From positions 124,001 to 188,000 of the forward strand of contig NZ_JMCB01000015.1 in assembly GCF_000737315.1 (NCBI RefSeq): DNA of 64,000 bases, given 5' to 3'. Source of the stretch: Hyalangium minutum. GTDB lineage: Bacteria; Myxococcota; Myxococcia; Myxococcales; Myxococcaceae. Below the pieces are notes generated by a model, which was not told the DNA's origin, made no database searches, and saw only the letters and a program-made list of their open reading frames with translations. Below are positions 28,645 through 40,077 of the stretch, one piece after another (the stretch's first letter is position 1; every line of letters starts with the position of its first letter). A program made the position numbers and the translations under genes.

Positions 28645-30275
28645 CGATACCCCCCGTAGCCCTGGTTCAGCAGGGCCTCGAAAGCCTGGGCGTGCTCGCC
28701 GGCGCCTGCGCTGTTCAGGGTTTTCACCGCATCCACCGGGCCCTTGTTGTCCACATCCGGCGCGACGAGCGTGGCGCGCCAGTAGGGGTTGAGGAGGTTG
28801 GGCGGCTCGCTCCAGTGATCGCCGCCGATGACGGGCGCGGAGATGGGGAGGCTGCTGCCGCGGTGGTAGTAGGCGATGCCGGTGGAGAGCGCCGTGGAGA
28901 CGCTGCGGCCCGGCGAGTCCAGCCGCGCGTCCAACTTGTCGGTGCGCGTGAACTCGAGCTTGTAGAGCAGGTTCCACGGGTCCGGTCCGCGCACGCTGGC
29001 GTCGCGGCGGATGACGGCGAAGTTCTTGGGCTGGCCGAAGTTGTTCCTCTCGTTGGCCACCTGGCGCACGTTGTAGTCCAGGAAGGCAGGCCACACTCCC
29101 GGGCAGCTGGACGGCGCGCTGGAGCAAGGGGTGAGGAAGTGGACCTGGGCGTTGTCGTCCTTGCCCCCCATCCACGTGTGCACGGGCTTCGCCCCCCCCT
29201 TCAGCTCCACCTTGATGTCCTCCTTCCCGATGGTCTCGCCCCACGTAGGAGGGCACGGCGGCGCGCCGCCGTGGGCGGTGTGGTTGTAGACGGTATTGAC
29301 ACTGCCTTCGTCCATGGCGGCCGCGGCGGGGGCGTAGGGCGGCATCAGGCTGGCGGCGTCGCCCTCGGAGAAGAACGAGGTCCCCTCACCCCGGGCGATG
29401 GAGACGTGGTCCGGCGGGCGTATCACCCGCAGCAGGTTCTGCTGGTGCGGGGCGTAGTCCTCCATCTTGCGGTGAGTGGTGAAGCGCCAGCCACGGCTGC
29501 CCATGGCGGCGTTGACCGCGTGCGCCACCGTGAGTGGCAAGGGATCGCACACCGCGCCCGAGTCCGTGCAGAGGGCGCCGCCGCTCACCTCGTCCTCGGA
29601 GACTTTGCCCGCGGCCGGCGGTGCGCTCCACTCGCCCCGGGTGCCCCCCTCGGCGATCTTGTCCAGGATGGGCTCGGCGAGCTCCTGGCTGTTCAGCTTG
29701 TCCACCAACCGCCGGTAGACCTCCTGCTGCTCGGCATAGAGCGCGAGCTGGGCCAACTGCATGAAGAACACCTGCCGCCCGGCGGCCGCGTCCATGCCCT
29801 TGAAGATCTTGTCGACGCGGTCATCCTCCTTCTGCAGCTCGTCCTGCAGCTTCTTCAAGTCCTCTAGGCCCTTCTTGCCGCACTTGCACATCTTCGCGCA
29901 GAACTTGTTGGAGGACGCGCAGGGGCAGCCGAAGTCCTTGTTGTACTGGTAGAGCTTCTCGGAGTTCTTGAAGGCCTTCTTCGTGCCATTCAGGTACGAG
30001 CGGTACAGCGTGGTCCAACTGACGAGGCTCTGGGCGCCGAGCTGCGCCACGCCATGGGCGATCTGCGCGCGGCTGAGCACGGCGATGTTGTTGAAGGTGC
30101 GCGCGGTGGCCACCGCGTTGGAGAAGGCGGTGGCGTCCGCGGCCGTCTGCAACTCGATGCGCTCGCGCACCTTGACGGAGAACGACAGCGTCATCACCAC
30201 CATCAGGGCGACCAGCAGCAGCGTGAGGGCGAACAGCAACAGCGTCTGTCCACGGCGGAGGAAGTGCGTGCGCAT
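28641..30275 (-). CDS. TadG-like pilus assembly protein
   Basis: RRG|QTLLLFAL, hydrophobic helix, then RERIELQTAADATAFSNA (Tad N-terminal motif). Confidence 0.8.
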   Translation of the reverse strand: MRTHFLRRGQTLLLFALTLLLVALMVVMTLSFSVKVRERIELQTAADATAFSNAVATARTFNNIAVLSRAQIAHGVAQLGAQSLVSWTTLYRSYLNGTKKAFKNSEKLYQYNKDFGCPCASSNKFCAKMCKCGKKGLEDLKKLQDELQKEDDRVDKIFKGMDAAAGRQVFFMQLAQLALYAEQQEVYRRLVDKLNSQELAEPILDKIAEGGTRGEWSAPPAAGKVSEDEVSGGALCTDSGAVCDPLPLTVAHAVNAAMGSRGWRFTTHRKMEDYAPHQQNLLRVIRPPDHVSIARGEGTSFFSEGDAASLMPPYAPAAAAMDEGSVNTVYNHTAHGGAPPCPPTWGETIGKEDIKVELKGGAKPVHTWMGGKDDNAQVHFLTPCSSAPSSCPGVWPAFLDYNVRQVANERNNFGQPKNFAVIRRDASVRGPDPWNLLYKLEFTRTDKLDARLDSPGRSVSTALSTGIAYYHRGSSLPISAPVIGGDHWSEPPNLLNPYWRATLVAPDVDNKGPVDAVKTLNSAGAGEHAQAFEALLNQGYGGYR

Positions 30276-30278
30276 GGG

Positions 30279-31043
30279 TCACCAGGGGCAGTTCATGGCA
30301 GCGAAGTGCCGGGACTTGGCGGGGGTCATCATCCGCATGGTGAAGGTGGTCTCGATGGGCAGCGTGTACTGCCCACGCCCCACGCGGGCCCGCAGCTCGC
30401 GGGCCATGGCCGCGGGCAGGCGGAAAGTCTCCCTGCGCGAGCGTCTCCAGCGGGCGTCCTCTTCCGCGAGCATCAGGGGGTTGGCCGCGTGGTACTCCAT
30501 GAGCCCCAGCCGTGCGAGGAACATGCGGCTGAGCACCCAGTTGGCGAAGGGGATCTTCAGCGGGAACCAGTAGATCATGCGCGTCTCCAGGCGCATGAGG
30601 TGGCCGGGGCGGTCGAAGGCGCGGTCCTGAGGGGCGGGCGCGAAGCTGCGGCCAACTAGCTCGCGCTGGATCCAGACGATGCTGCCGTCATGGCCGGCAT
30701 CCCTGCGGGCCAGGAAGCGGTGGTCATTGCGCTTGTACTCACCAAAGGCACGGGCGAGCTTGTCCGCAGCGCTTCTGCCCGCAGTGGCGCGGCCCAGGAA
30801 GGAGCGGAACGAGGGCAGCAGTGCCAGCACCGCCGCGTCCTGCATCCGCCCACAGTCCCCGTGCGAGATGCTCCCGGCACGCGTAGCCTGGAAGACGGCG
30901 TACTGCGCCAGCAGGCGGGCCTGCAGCGCCAGGAAGAGCTGCAGGGTGCCCAGGATCAAAAAAACCACCAGCGGCAGCGTCAACGCCGCCTCGACCGCCG
31001 CCTGTCCTGACTGACCCTCACGCGCCCAACCGGGGGTGTCCAT
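30279..31043 (-). CDS. TadE-like pseudopilin
   Basis: SG|QAAVEAALTLPLVVFLILGTLQL...QYAVFQATRAG. Confidence 0.85.
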   Translation of the reverse strand: MDTPGWAREGQSGQAAVEAALTLPLVVFLILGTLQLFLALQARLLAQYAVFQATRAGSISHGDCGRMQDAAVLALLPSFRSFLGRATAGRSAADKLARAFGEYKRNDHRFLARRDAGHDGSIVWIQRELVGRSFAPAPQDRAFDRPGHLMRLETRMIYWFPLKIPFANWVLSRMFLARLGLMEYHAANPLMLAEEDARWRRSRRETFRLPAAMARELRARVGRGQYTLPIETTFTMRMMTPAKSRHFAAMNCPW

Positions 31044-31136
31044 GCGTCATGAGAGACGCAGTGGGGATTTCCCGGCCATACCACCATTGGCCATGGCGAG
31101 GCTCGGCTGGGCTGGACTTCGCGCGGCGTTTCGTTA

Positions 31137-31157
31137 AACATGTTCATTGAACGTGTT
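31137..31157. promoter_or_regulatory. Candidate TetR operator overlapping the tetR -10/start
   Basis: AACATGTTCA-T-TGAACGTGTT inverted repeat (1 mismatch), adjacent to TAAACA. Confidence 0.65.
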
Positions 31158-31791
31158 CAACAAACGCAAGTCACAGAGTGGAACTCGAGCTACCCAGAAG
31201 GAAGCCACCGGGCACGCGGTTCTCCAGGCGGCGCGCGTGGAGTTCGAGCGCGTGGGCTTCGAGGCGGCGAACCTGCGGTCCATCGCGGCGCTCGCGGGGG
31301 TGTCGGCCGGGACGGTGCTCCACCACTATGGAGACAAGCGAGAGCTGCTCCACGCCGCGCTGTTCGATGATCTCGAGCAGACGTTGGCGCGTGCGCTCGC
31401 CGGGCTCGGCAAGGGCTCGCTGGAGGAGCAGCTCTCCGCGCTGACACGCACCGTGTTCGGCTACTACCAGCGCCGCCCCCAGCTCTCGCGCACCCTGCTC
31501 AAGGAGTCGCTCTTCGCCGAGGAGCCCTGGGCCCAGCGGTTCACCGCCCAGGTCGGCCGGGTTCATGGAGCCCTCGCGCAGCTGGCCCAGAAGGCGAGCG
31601 AGCGCGGCGAGCTCCGGCCCAACGTGGACGGTGCGCTGTTCGCCGTCGCGTACTTCTCCTTCTTCTACTTCGCCCTCATCGCATGGGTGCAGGGCGCGCA
31701 TGGCTCACCCATGGAGCTGGTGGATCGCCTGGTTCGCCAGCATCTCGAGGGCCTGCGTCCGGATCCCAAGTCGCGGAGGAGGAAGTCATGA
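31147..31791 (+). CDS. TetR/AcrR family transcriptional regulator
   Basis: HTH GFEAANLRSIAALAGVSAGTVLHHYGDKRELL. The start is uncertain (TTG 31147 or GTG 31153). Confidence 0.9.
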   Translation: MNVFNKRKSQSGTRATQKEATGHAVLQAARVEFERVGFEAANLRSIAALAGVSAGTVLHHYGDKRELLHAALFDDLEQTLARALAGLGKGSLEEQLSALTRTVFGYYQRRPQLSRTLLKESLFAEEPWAQRFTAQVGRVHGALAQLAQKASERGELRPNVDGALFAVAYFSFFYFALIAWVQGAHGSPMELVDRLVRQHLEGLRPDPKSRRRKS

Positions 31792-32702
31792 AGTCCATGT
31801 TCAGGGATGCGCAGGCGAAGACCGTGCTTCTGCAGTGGTTCGATCGCTTCCGGGAACGCATCCCGGCACCGACCGAGAGCCGGAGGGTGCAGACGCGGTG
31901 GGGGGACACCCACGTCCTTGTGGGAGGACCAGAAGGGGCCCCACCGGTGGTGTTGCTCCACGGAGCCTTGGCGAGCTCGGCGCATGTGCTGAGGGAGCTG
32001 GCGCCCCTGCTGGAGCGCTTCCGGGTGCATGCGGTGGACCTCATCGGTCAGTCGGTGAAGAGCGCGGATGTTCAGCCCTCCGTCTCCAACAACGCGTATG
32101 GGGAGTGGCTCGCGGAGGTCCTCGAGGGGCTCTCGCTGCGGCGCACGCATGTGGTGGGGGTGAGCATGGGCGGCTTCGCGGCCATCCGCCTCGCGGCGTT
32201 CGCGCCGGAGCGCATCGATCGGCTCGCCCTCCTTGTTCCAGCCGGCGTAGTCAATGGCTCGGCCTGGGAGGGGCTCACCAAGGTCGGCCTTCCGATGATG
32301 CTCTATCGCCTGTCACCCTCCGAGCGGCGGCTCCAGGCCGTCGTCCGTCACCTGTTCACGACCCTGGATGAGGACTGGGTGCCGTACATGGGCGATGCCT
32401 TGCGCTCCTACACCCTGAACCTCCGAGTGCCGGTGCTCGCCCGGCCGGAGGAGTTCCAGGGCTTGAAGGCGCCCACGCTCGTGCTGGGTGCGGACCAAGA
32501 TGTGAGCTTCCCGGGGCAACGGCTCCTGGCTCGTGCGCCGGAACTCTTTCCCACGCTCGTCGGCCGAGAGCTCCTCAAGGATTGCCGGCACTGTCCACCG
32601 ACCACGGACGCCTTTCGGCGCTGGCTGTCGGATCGGCTCAGCGACTTCCTGTCTGAGCCAGGTCCGCTCCAGACGAGGCGTTCTGGAGCGGCCGAAGCGT
32701 AG
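31788..32702 (+). CDS. Alpha/beta-fold hydrolase
   Basis: LLHGA oxyanion loop, GVSMGG nucleophile elbow, and a C-terminal His (CRHCP). ATGA overlap with tetR. Confidence 0.9.
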   Translation: MKSMFRDAQAKTVLLQWFDRFRERIPAPTESRRVQTRWGDTHVLVGGPEGAPPVVLLHGALASSAHVLRELAPLLERFRVHAVDLIGQSVKSADVQPSVSNNAYGEWLAEVLEGLSLRRTHVVGVSMGGFAAIRLAAFAPERIDRLALLVPAGVVNGSAWEGLTKVGLPMMLYRLSPSERRLQAVVRHLFTTLDEDWVPYMGDALRSYTLNLRVPVLARPEEFQGLKAPTLVLGADQDVSFPGQRLLARAPELFPTLVGRELLKDCRHCPPTTDAFRRWLSDRLSDFLSEPGPLQTRRSGAAEA

Positions 32703-32745
32703 CGCTGCTCACGGGAAGCGGGCAGGACGTGAGCGGCGCGGAGAG

Positions 32746-33501
32746 CTACTCCGAGTAATCCTGCCTGGCGACAAGGCGCCAGTTGCGGTCGTAGACGTGG
32801 AGCATGGAGAACCAGCCGCTGTGGCAGCTTCCGCTGTTGCTGGCGGTGTAGCCGTAGACGTAGCCGTTGTGGACGCGGGCGTTGAGCTGGGGCGAGCCGG
32901 GGTTCTCGCAGGGCTGGGTGACGCGGACCGCCTGGTAGGCAGCCTCGGCGAGCACTTCTTCCTGGCCCTGGAAGTCGTAGATGGAGTGGACGCGGTTGGC
33001 AGTGAAGGTGACGAGATCGTCGGCCTTGTCTTTGTCGCTCTGCGCGAGGAAGGACTGCAGGTCGGCGAGGGTGGCGGCCTCGGAGGTGATCGAGCCGGTG
33101 AGGCGGTGAACGGCGCCGTCATTGTCGGAGAGCGCAGTGCGGATGGCGGCGATGCCGGCCGAGCCCTGGTAGACCGAGGTGTCGCCCCAGGTGAAGCTGA
33201 AGGCGGTGCCGGAGGTGTAGGCGTTGAGCGCGCAGGAGCCGCCGGCGCCAGCGGGCGCGACGAGGATGATCTTGCGGACGCGGTACTCGGGGTTCAGGAG
33301 GGCGATGCACTCGTCGCCAGCGACGCCGTCGTAGTTGCCGGCCGGGAGCACGGCCTCGACGATGTTGTAGATGCGCAACGTGGGATCCGTGACCTGTTGC
33401 TCGGTGGTCTGGAGGGTATCCATGTCCGCCTCGTCACCGAGGCAGCCGGCAGCGAGGGAAGAGGCGAGGAGGAGGGTGGAGAGACGGAGAGAGGTTCGCA
33501 T
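32746..33501 (-). CDS. Hypothetical lipoprotein
   Basis: Lipobox LAAGC and strong coding-strand codon bias. Confidence 0.75.
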   Translation of the reverse strand: MRTSLRLSTLLLASSLAAGCLGDEADMDTLQTTEQQVTDPTLRIYNIVEAVLPAGNYDGVAGDECIALLNPEYRVRKIILVAPAGAGGSCALNAYTSGTAFSFTWGDTSVYQGSAGIAAIRTALSDNDGAVHRLTGSITSEAATLADLQSFLAQSDKDKADDLVTFTANRVHSIYDFQGQEEVLAEAAYQAVRVTQPCENPGSPQLNARVHNGYVYGYTASNSGSCHSGWFSMLHVYDRNWRLVARQDYSE

Positions 33502-33581
33502 GGCCGCGGAACCTAGCACGCGTGATTCGAGCGTTCTCTGACATTCGTGTAACTGAGGAAGAAGCCTCTGCCGCTCGCCCG

Positions 33582-35783
33582 CTACAGGCTGAGCTCGAGG
33601 TTGCCGAGGATGCGCCGTCCCTCCATGCGGTAGTCGAAGGGCAGGTCTCCGGTTCGCACGAGGAAGTCCTCGGTATCGAACAGGTTGGTGACGGAGAGCC
33701 CCACGGAGGACCACACATTGATCTGCAGGCGCGTGTTCACGTCGAAGCGGAGCCAGGCCGGCACGGACTCAGGCCGGGCCTCCCGGTAGGCGGGGGTCTC
33801 GAAGTCTCCGGGCCTGCGCAGGACGGTGCTTTGGTAGCGGCCTTGGAGCGCCAGGGTGAAGCGCCGGATCGAGTAGCTCACCCCCGCCTTGGCCGTGTGC
33901 GCGGGGGCCCAGGTGAGCTGCCGGAGACTGCCCTCGCTGTCGTCATCTGTCTCTCCCAACAAGCGCGCGTAGCTGTAGTTGCCAAAGGCCATCAGCCGGC
34001 CGCGCGTTCCCAGCTCCGCGTCCGCCATCAGCTCCAGCTCCACGCCCGCGGTGTCTCGGGAGAACAGGTTGTTCACCTGGAGCTGCTCATAGCCGATGAG
34101 GTTCTCGTAGCGGGAGACAAAGACGGTGGTTCGTGAGCTCAGGTGCCGGTGGATCAGCCAGTCCGCGCCGAGCTCGAAGGTGGTCACCCGCTCGGGGAGG
34201 ATCGAGTCGATGTCCGTGTCCGCCATCCAGCTGTTGGTGCTGAACAGCTCGGTGGGCGACGGCGCCCGGAACGCGCGGCTGGCCTGGAGCTTGAAACTCA
34301 AGGAGGGGAGCGCGGCGTAGACCAGCGCGAGCCGGGGGCTGAGCTGCTCGTACGAGCGCGCGCTCGGGCGAGCGGTAGGCGCTTCGGGGGCGCGGTAGCG
34401 GAAGAACTTCAGGTCATAGCGCAGGCCCGCGGTCAGCGAGAGGGGCGTGTCCAGCAACTGGCTCCAGGACAGCTGCGCATAAGCCGCCGCGTTGCTCACG
34501 GGCCGGTTGAGGATGCCCTCGTAGAAGGGCCCCAGCTCGACCAGCGTCTCGGAGGGAGGAGAGTCCTCCTCGAAGTTGAGCAGGTCGGCGTTGCTGTAGT
34601 GAACGTGGTCGCCGTTGTACAGGAAGAGGGAGTACTCCACTCCGCCCAGCAGCGAGAGTCGCTCGGCCAGCTCGCCGGAGAGCTGCGCCCGGGTGAAGAC
34701 CTCGTCCACGTGTGTGTCGAGCGTCTCCGTGACGCCGTTGGGGTAGTACCCGTCCAGGGCGCCGCTCGGGTAGAAGCGGATGTTCAGGTCGTAGTCGTGC
34801 CGCTGGAACATGAGCACGTACTCGTGCTGGAGCGGGCGCTCGGGCTGCGAGCGGTAGCTCAGCACCGCGAGGTGGCGGCCCTCGCGGATGGGCTGCTCGG
34901 CATCGGGCGCCCAGCTGAACCAGCCAAGGCCGATTCCCTGCTCCCAGGCCTGCTGGTGGTAGCTCAGCGACAGCCCCTCCAGGGCCTTGCGTGCCTCCAA
35001 CTTGAGGAAGACGTACCGGCTGCCGAGCGGCTCCGAGACGCGGAAGCGCTGGAGCGCGCCTTGGTCGTCCACTCGCCCCGAGCCGTCCGGGGACAGATAG
35101 ATGCTCCCATCCGTGCGCGCGTAGCGGAACCCCAGCACGGTGGAGAGGTGCTCGGAGCGAGAGGCCGCCACCGCCTCCACGCTCGAGGTCCCCTGGTTGC
35201 CGAGCCGCAGGCGCGCCTCGCTGTTGATCTCCAGGCGCTCCTGCTCGTTCAGGGCCTTGGGCGAGGAGATGGTGTTGATGGCGATGATGCCCTGGGTGGC
35301 GCTGGAGCCGTACAGCGCGGAGCCGGGCCCGCGGATGATCTCCACACTTTTGACGAAGAAGAGCGGGGTGATGTCCCAGGTGTACGCGCTGGCGGTGTCG
35401 TGGTCGTTCACCGGCACGCCGTCCACCAGCACCAGCAGGTGGTTGTTGTTCCAGCCCTCTTGGATACCGCGGGCGCCCACCACCGAGCGCTCGAAGTCCC
35501 GGGCGGGGAAGAAGCCCGGCTGGCTGAAGAGGATGTCGTTCAGGCTCGTCCAGCCGAACTGTTGGATCTGCTCGCGGGTGACCAGGGAGGCCACGCCGGG
35601 AGCCTCGCTCGCCTTCTGCCGCTGCTTGGCGGGCGTGGCGAGCTCCAGCTTCAGCAACTCCTCGAGCGACAGCTTTTGGGACCAGTGCGAGTCCTCCCCG
35701 GCGGGAGCGGGAGCCTGCTGGGCGGAGGCGGGCGTGGCGGCCAGGGCGACCCCAAGCAACAGCGGGATGAGGGCAGGGCGCAT
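33582..35783 (-). CDS. TonB-dependent receptor (YfiR-associated type)
   Basis: Signal peptide, SLEELLKLEL..EAPGVASLVTREQI plug start, VEIIRGPGSALYGS, and C-terminal VTNLFD..GRRILGNLELSL. Confidence 0.9.
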   Translation of the reverse strand: MRPALIPLLLGVALAATPASAQQAPAPAGEDSHWSQKLSLEELLKLELATPAKQRQKASEAPGVASLVTREQIQQFGWTSLNDILFSQPGFFPARDFERSVVGARGIQEGWNNNHLLVLVDGVPVNDHDTASAYTWDITPLFFVKSVEIIRGPGSALYGSSATQGIIAINTISSPKALNEQERLEINSEARLRLGNQGTSSVEAVAASRSEHLSTVLGFRYARTDGSIYLSPDGSGRVDDQGALQRFRVSEPLGSRYVFLKLEARKALEGLSLSYHQQAWEQGIGLGWFSWAPDAEQPIREGRHLAVLSYRSQPERPLQHEYVLMFQRHDYDLNIRFYPSGALDGYYPNGVTETLDTHVDEVFTRAQLSGELAERLSLLGGVEYSLFLYNGDHVHYSNADLLNFEEDSPPSETLVELGPFYEGILNRPVSNAAAYAQLSWSQLLDTPLSLTAGLRYDLKFFRYRAPEAPTARPSARSYEQLSPRLALVYAALPSLSFKLQASRAFRAPSPTELFSTNSWMADTDIDSILPERVTTFELGADWLIHRHLSSRTTVFVSRYENLIGYEQLQVNNLFSRDTAGVELELMADAELGTRGRLMAFGNYSYARLLGETDDDSEGSLRQLTWAPAHTAKAGVSYSIRRFTLALQGRYQSTVLRRPGDFETPAYREARPESVPAWLRFDVNTRLQINVWSSVGLSVTNLFDTEDFLVRTGDLPFDYRMEGRRILGNLELSL

Positions 35784-35787
35784 GGGC

Positions 35788-38145
<2,358 letters not shown>

Positions 38146-38147
38146 GC

Positions 38148-38774
38148 TCAGGGCTCCTCTTGGCGGGGCTCGACGAGGCGGGACAAGCTCAGCAGCCCCG
38201 CATCCAGGTCCGCTCCCTCGGCCCGGGCGGCCGACAGGTGGATGAGGATGACGGGGGTGTTTCCCTGGCGTTCCAGGCCAATGGCCAGCCCCTGGGTGAT
38301 TTGCTTCTCGTGGCCGGCGATGGACAGGACGGAGAGCCGCCGCGTCACCTGGGCGATGCGCTCGGACTCGGATTCGAGCCCTTCACAGACATAGAGGGCC
38401 ACAGCGTGCTTTTCGGAGAGCTCGGTCTGGAGCTGATTGCTGTCACTGAAGCCAATGCGCACCACGTGCAGGGGCCGCCCCGAGATGACCCTCCCACGTG
38501 CCGCCAGCTCCAGCGCGTTGCTGAACTCGCGCCCCTGGCTCTCCGACGTCGCGTCTCCTTGGCGGTGGGCAACGGCGAGGATGAGCGGAGGAGGGTGCTG
38601 TCCCATCCTCCGGTCGTAGGCCAGGACTCGCACCAACATGGACGCCCTCAGGGTGGCAGGCAGGTCCGCGCCCCGAGCCGCCAGTGGAACCCCGATCAGC
38701 GCGATGAGCAGCAAGGAGCTCGGATAAAGCCAACGAACGCGACTGTTCAGGGCCCGATGAGGCAACGAGGACAT
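38148..38774 (-). CDS. YfiR family (DUF4154-like) periplasmic protein
   Basis: Signal peptide and LRASMLVRVLAYD..ALYVC..VLSIAG..GLAIGL..PVILIHLSAARAEGADLDAGLLSLSR, which resembles YfiR/DUF4154. Confidence 0.8.
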   Translation of the reverse strand: MSSLPHRALNSRVRWLYPSSLLLIALIGVPLAARGADLPATLRASMLVRVLAYDRRMGQHPPPLILAVAHRQGDATSESQGREFSNALELAARGRVISGRPLHVVRIGFSDSNQLQTELSEKHAVALYVCEGLESESERIAQVTRRLSVLSIAGHEKQITQGLAIGLERQGNTPVILIHLSAARAEGADLDAGLLSLSRLVEPRQEEP

Positions 38775-38988
38775 CTGGACACCCCCCCGCCCTAAAGTAC
38801 ACGGAGAGTGAATCGATAGGGCTGGCTCAGAATACCCGGCTGTCTTGCTTTAAACAGGAACCCACGGGTGGCGCCGCAATGCCTACCCAATCAAAATCAA
38901 ATCAACCCACTCGAGGGACGAGATAAGGAATCTCGTGCGGCGTGGCGCCTCCCTCCCAAGCCCGAGCGAATCTGGCTAATCTCCTCTC

Positions 38989-40077
38989 GTGGCCCTCGTT
39001 CCCGACGCACTCCAGCAGCTCCGTACCTTCGCGAAGCGAAGGCTCGCCCATCCTCATGGCCAGCAGCTCTGCCACTACCTGGACGGCGTTGCCTGGGAGG
39101 AGGCCCTGCAGGACAGCCTCCTCGTCCCCGAGGACATGAGCCTCGGCTTCTACACACCCTTTTGGGCGGACTACACCGAAGCGCAGCGGCTCGCGCTGAA
39201 TCACTGGGTGTACATCCTGAAGTACTACCGCATCAGCGACGGCGAGCGCTTCGTCATCACCACCAACGAGTGCGTGGCGGACTTTCTCCAAGGGGTGGAT
39301 CCGGAGGTGGCCGGCCTGCTGCGCCTGGAGGCGGCAGAGGAGCGCGACCACATCGCCGCCTTCGAGCGGGTGCGTGCCGGGATTGTTCGCCACCACGGCT
39401 TCGAAGGTGTGCGCATGCCCGTCAAGCCCCTGCGTGCGCTCGTCACGTCACCGCGCACGCTGCACTTTCTCCTGAGGCACTTCGGCGCGGACTTCATCGT
39501 CACCTATTACCTGGGCCGCGGCCTCGTGAACCACATGGGCAAGGCCTTCGAGACGAAGGTGGCGGATCTGGACATCGGCCACCCTGCCTTCAAAGGCATC
39601 TCCCGGTTCCACACCGTGGACGAGAACCGCCACATGGCCGTCTCGCGGATGATGGCCGCGTGCACCTACGCGCTCGTCTCCCGGAGGAGTGAGGCCAGCC
39701 CCCTCTACGAGGTGCTCAACCAGAACCTGCGGGAAGCCGTTGTGGGCTACACGCTCTCGGACCGCCTCACCAAGGAGCAGGAGCGCGCCATGTCCCGGCT
39801 CGTGCTGCCTCAGATGCGCGCGCTGCGCGACGTTCCTACCCAGCGGCTCGAGGCCACCATCGACGCCCACTTCACTGGGCTCAGCGGCATGGAGCGCGCC
39901 AAGAACACGTACATGCCGCGCTTCAATCAGCGGCTCCTCGACCAGGCCTGTCTCTCCCCCAAGGAGAAGCGCGACCTGTTCGAGCTCGTCTGCTCGCTGC
40001 AGGGTAACCTGCGCTTCTTCCCCGAGGGCTACGTGCCTGGGGCAGAGGTCCCGGCGATGTCTCTCGAAGAGACATGA
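38989..40077 (+). CDS. Ferritin-like dimetal-carboxylate enzyme, AurF superfamily, with CylC-halogenase-type motifs
   Basis: YYRISDGERFVITTN, EAAEERDHIAAF, YYLGRGLVNHMGK and ISRFHTVDENRH. GTG start 6 nt after TAATCT. Confidence 0.8.
   Translation: MALVPDALQQLRTFAKRRLAHPHGQQLCHYLDGVAWEEALQDSLLVPEDMSLGFYTPFWADYTEAQRLALNHWVYILKYYRISDGERFVITTNECVADFLQGVDPEVAGLLRLEAAEERDHIAAFERVRAGIVRHHGFEGVRMPVKPLRALVTSPRTLHFLLRHFGADFIVTYYLGRGLVNHMGKAFETKVADLDIGHPAFKGISRFHTVDENRHMAVSRMMAACTYALVSRRSEASPLYEVLNQNLREAVVGYTLSDRLTKEQERAMSRLVLPQMRALRDVPTQRLEATIDAHFTGLSGMERAKNTYMPRFNQRLLDQACLSPKEKRDLFELVCSLQGNLRFFPEGYVPGAEVPAMSLEET

Noticed and set aside
38865-38885. Possible sigma54 promoter TGGCGC...TGC
   Set aside because: The GG-to-GC spacing is 9 nt rather than the required 10.
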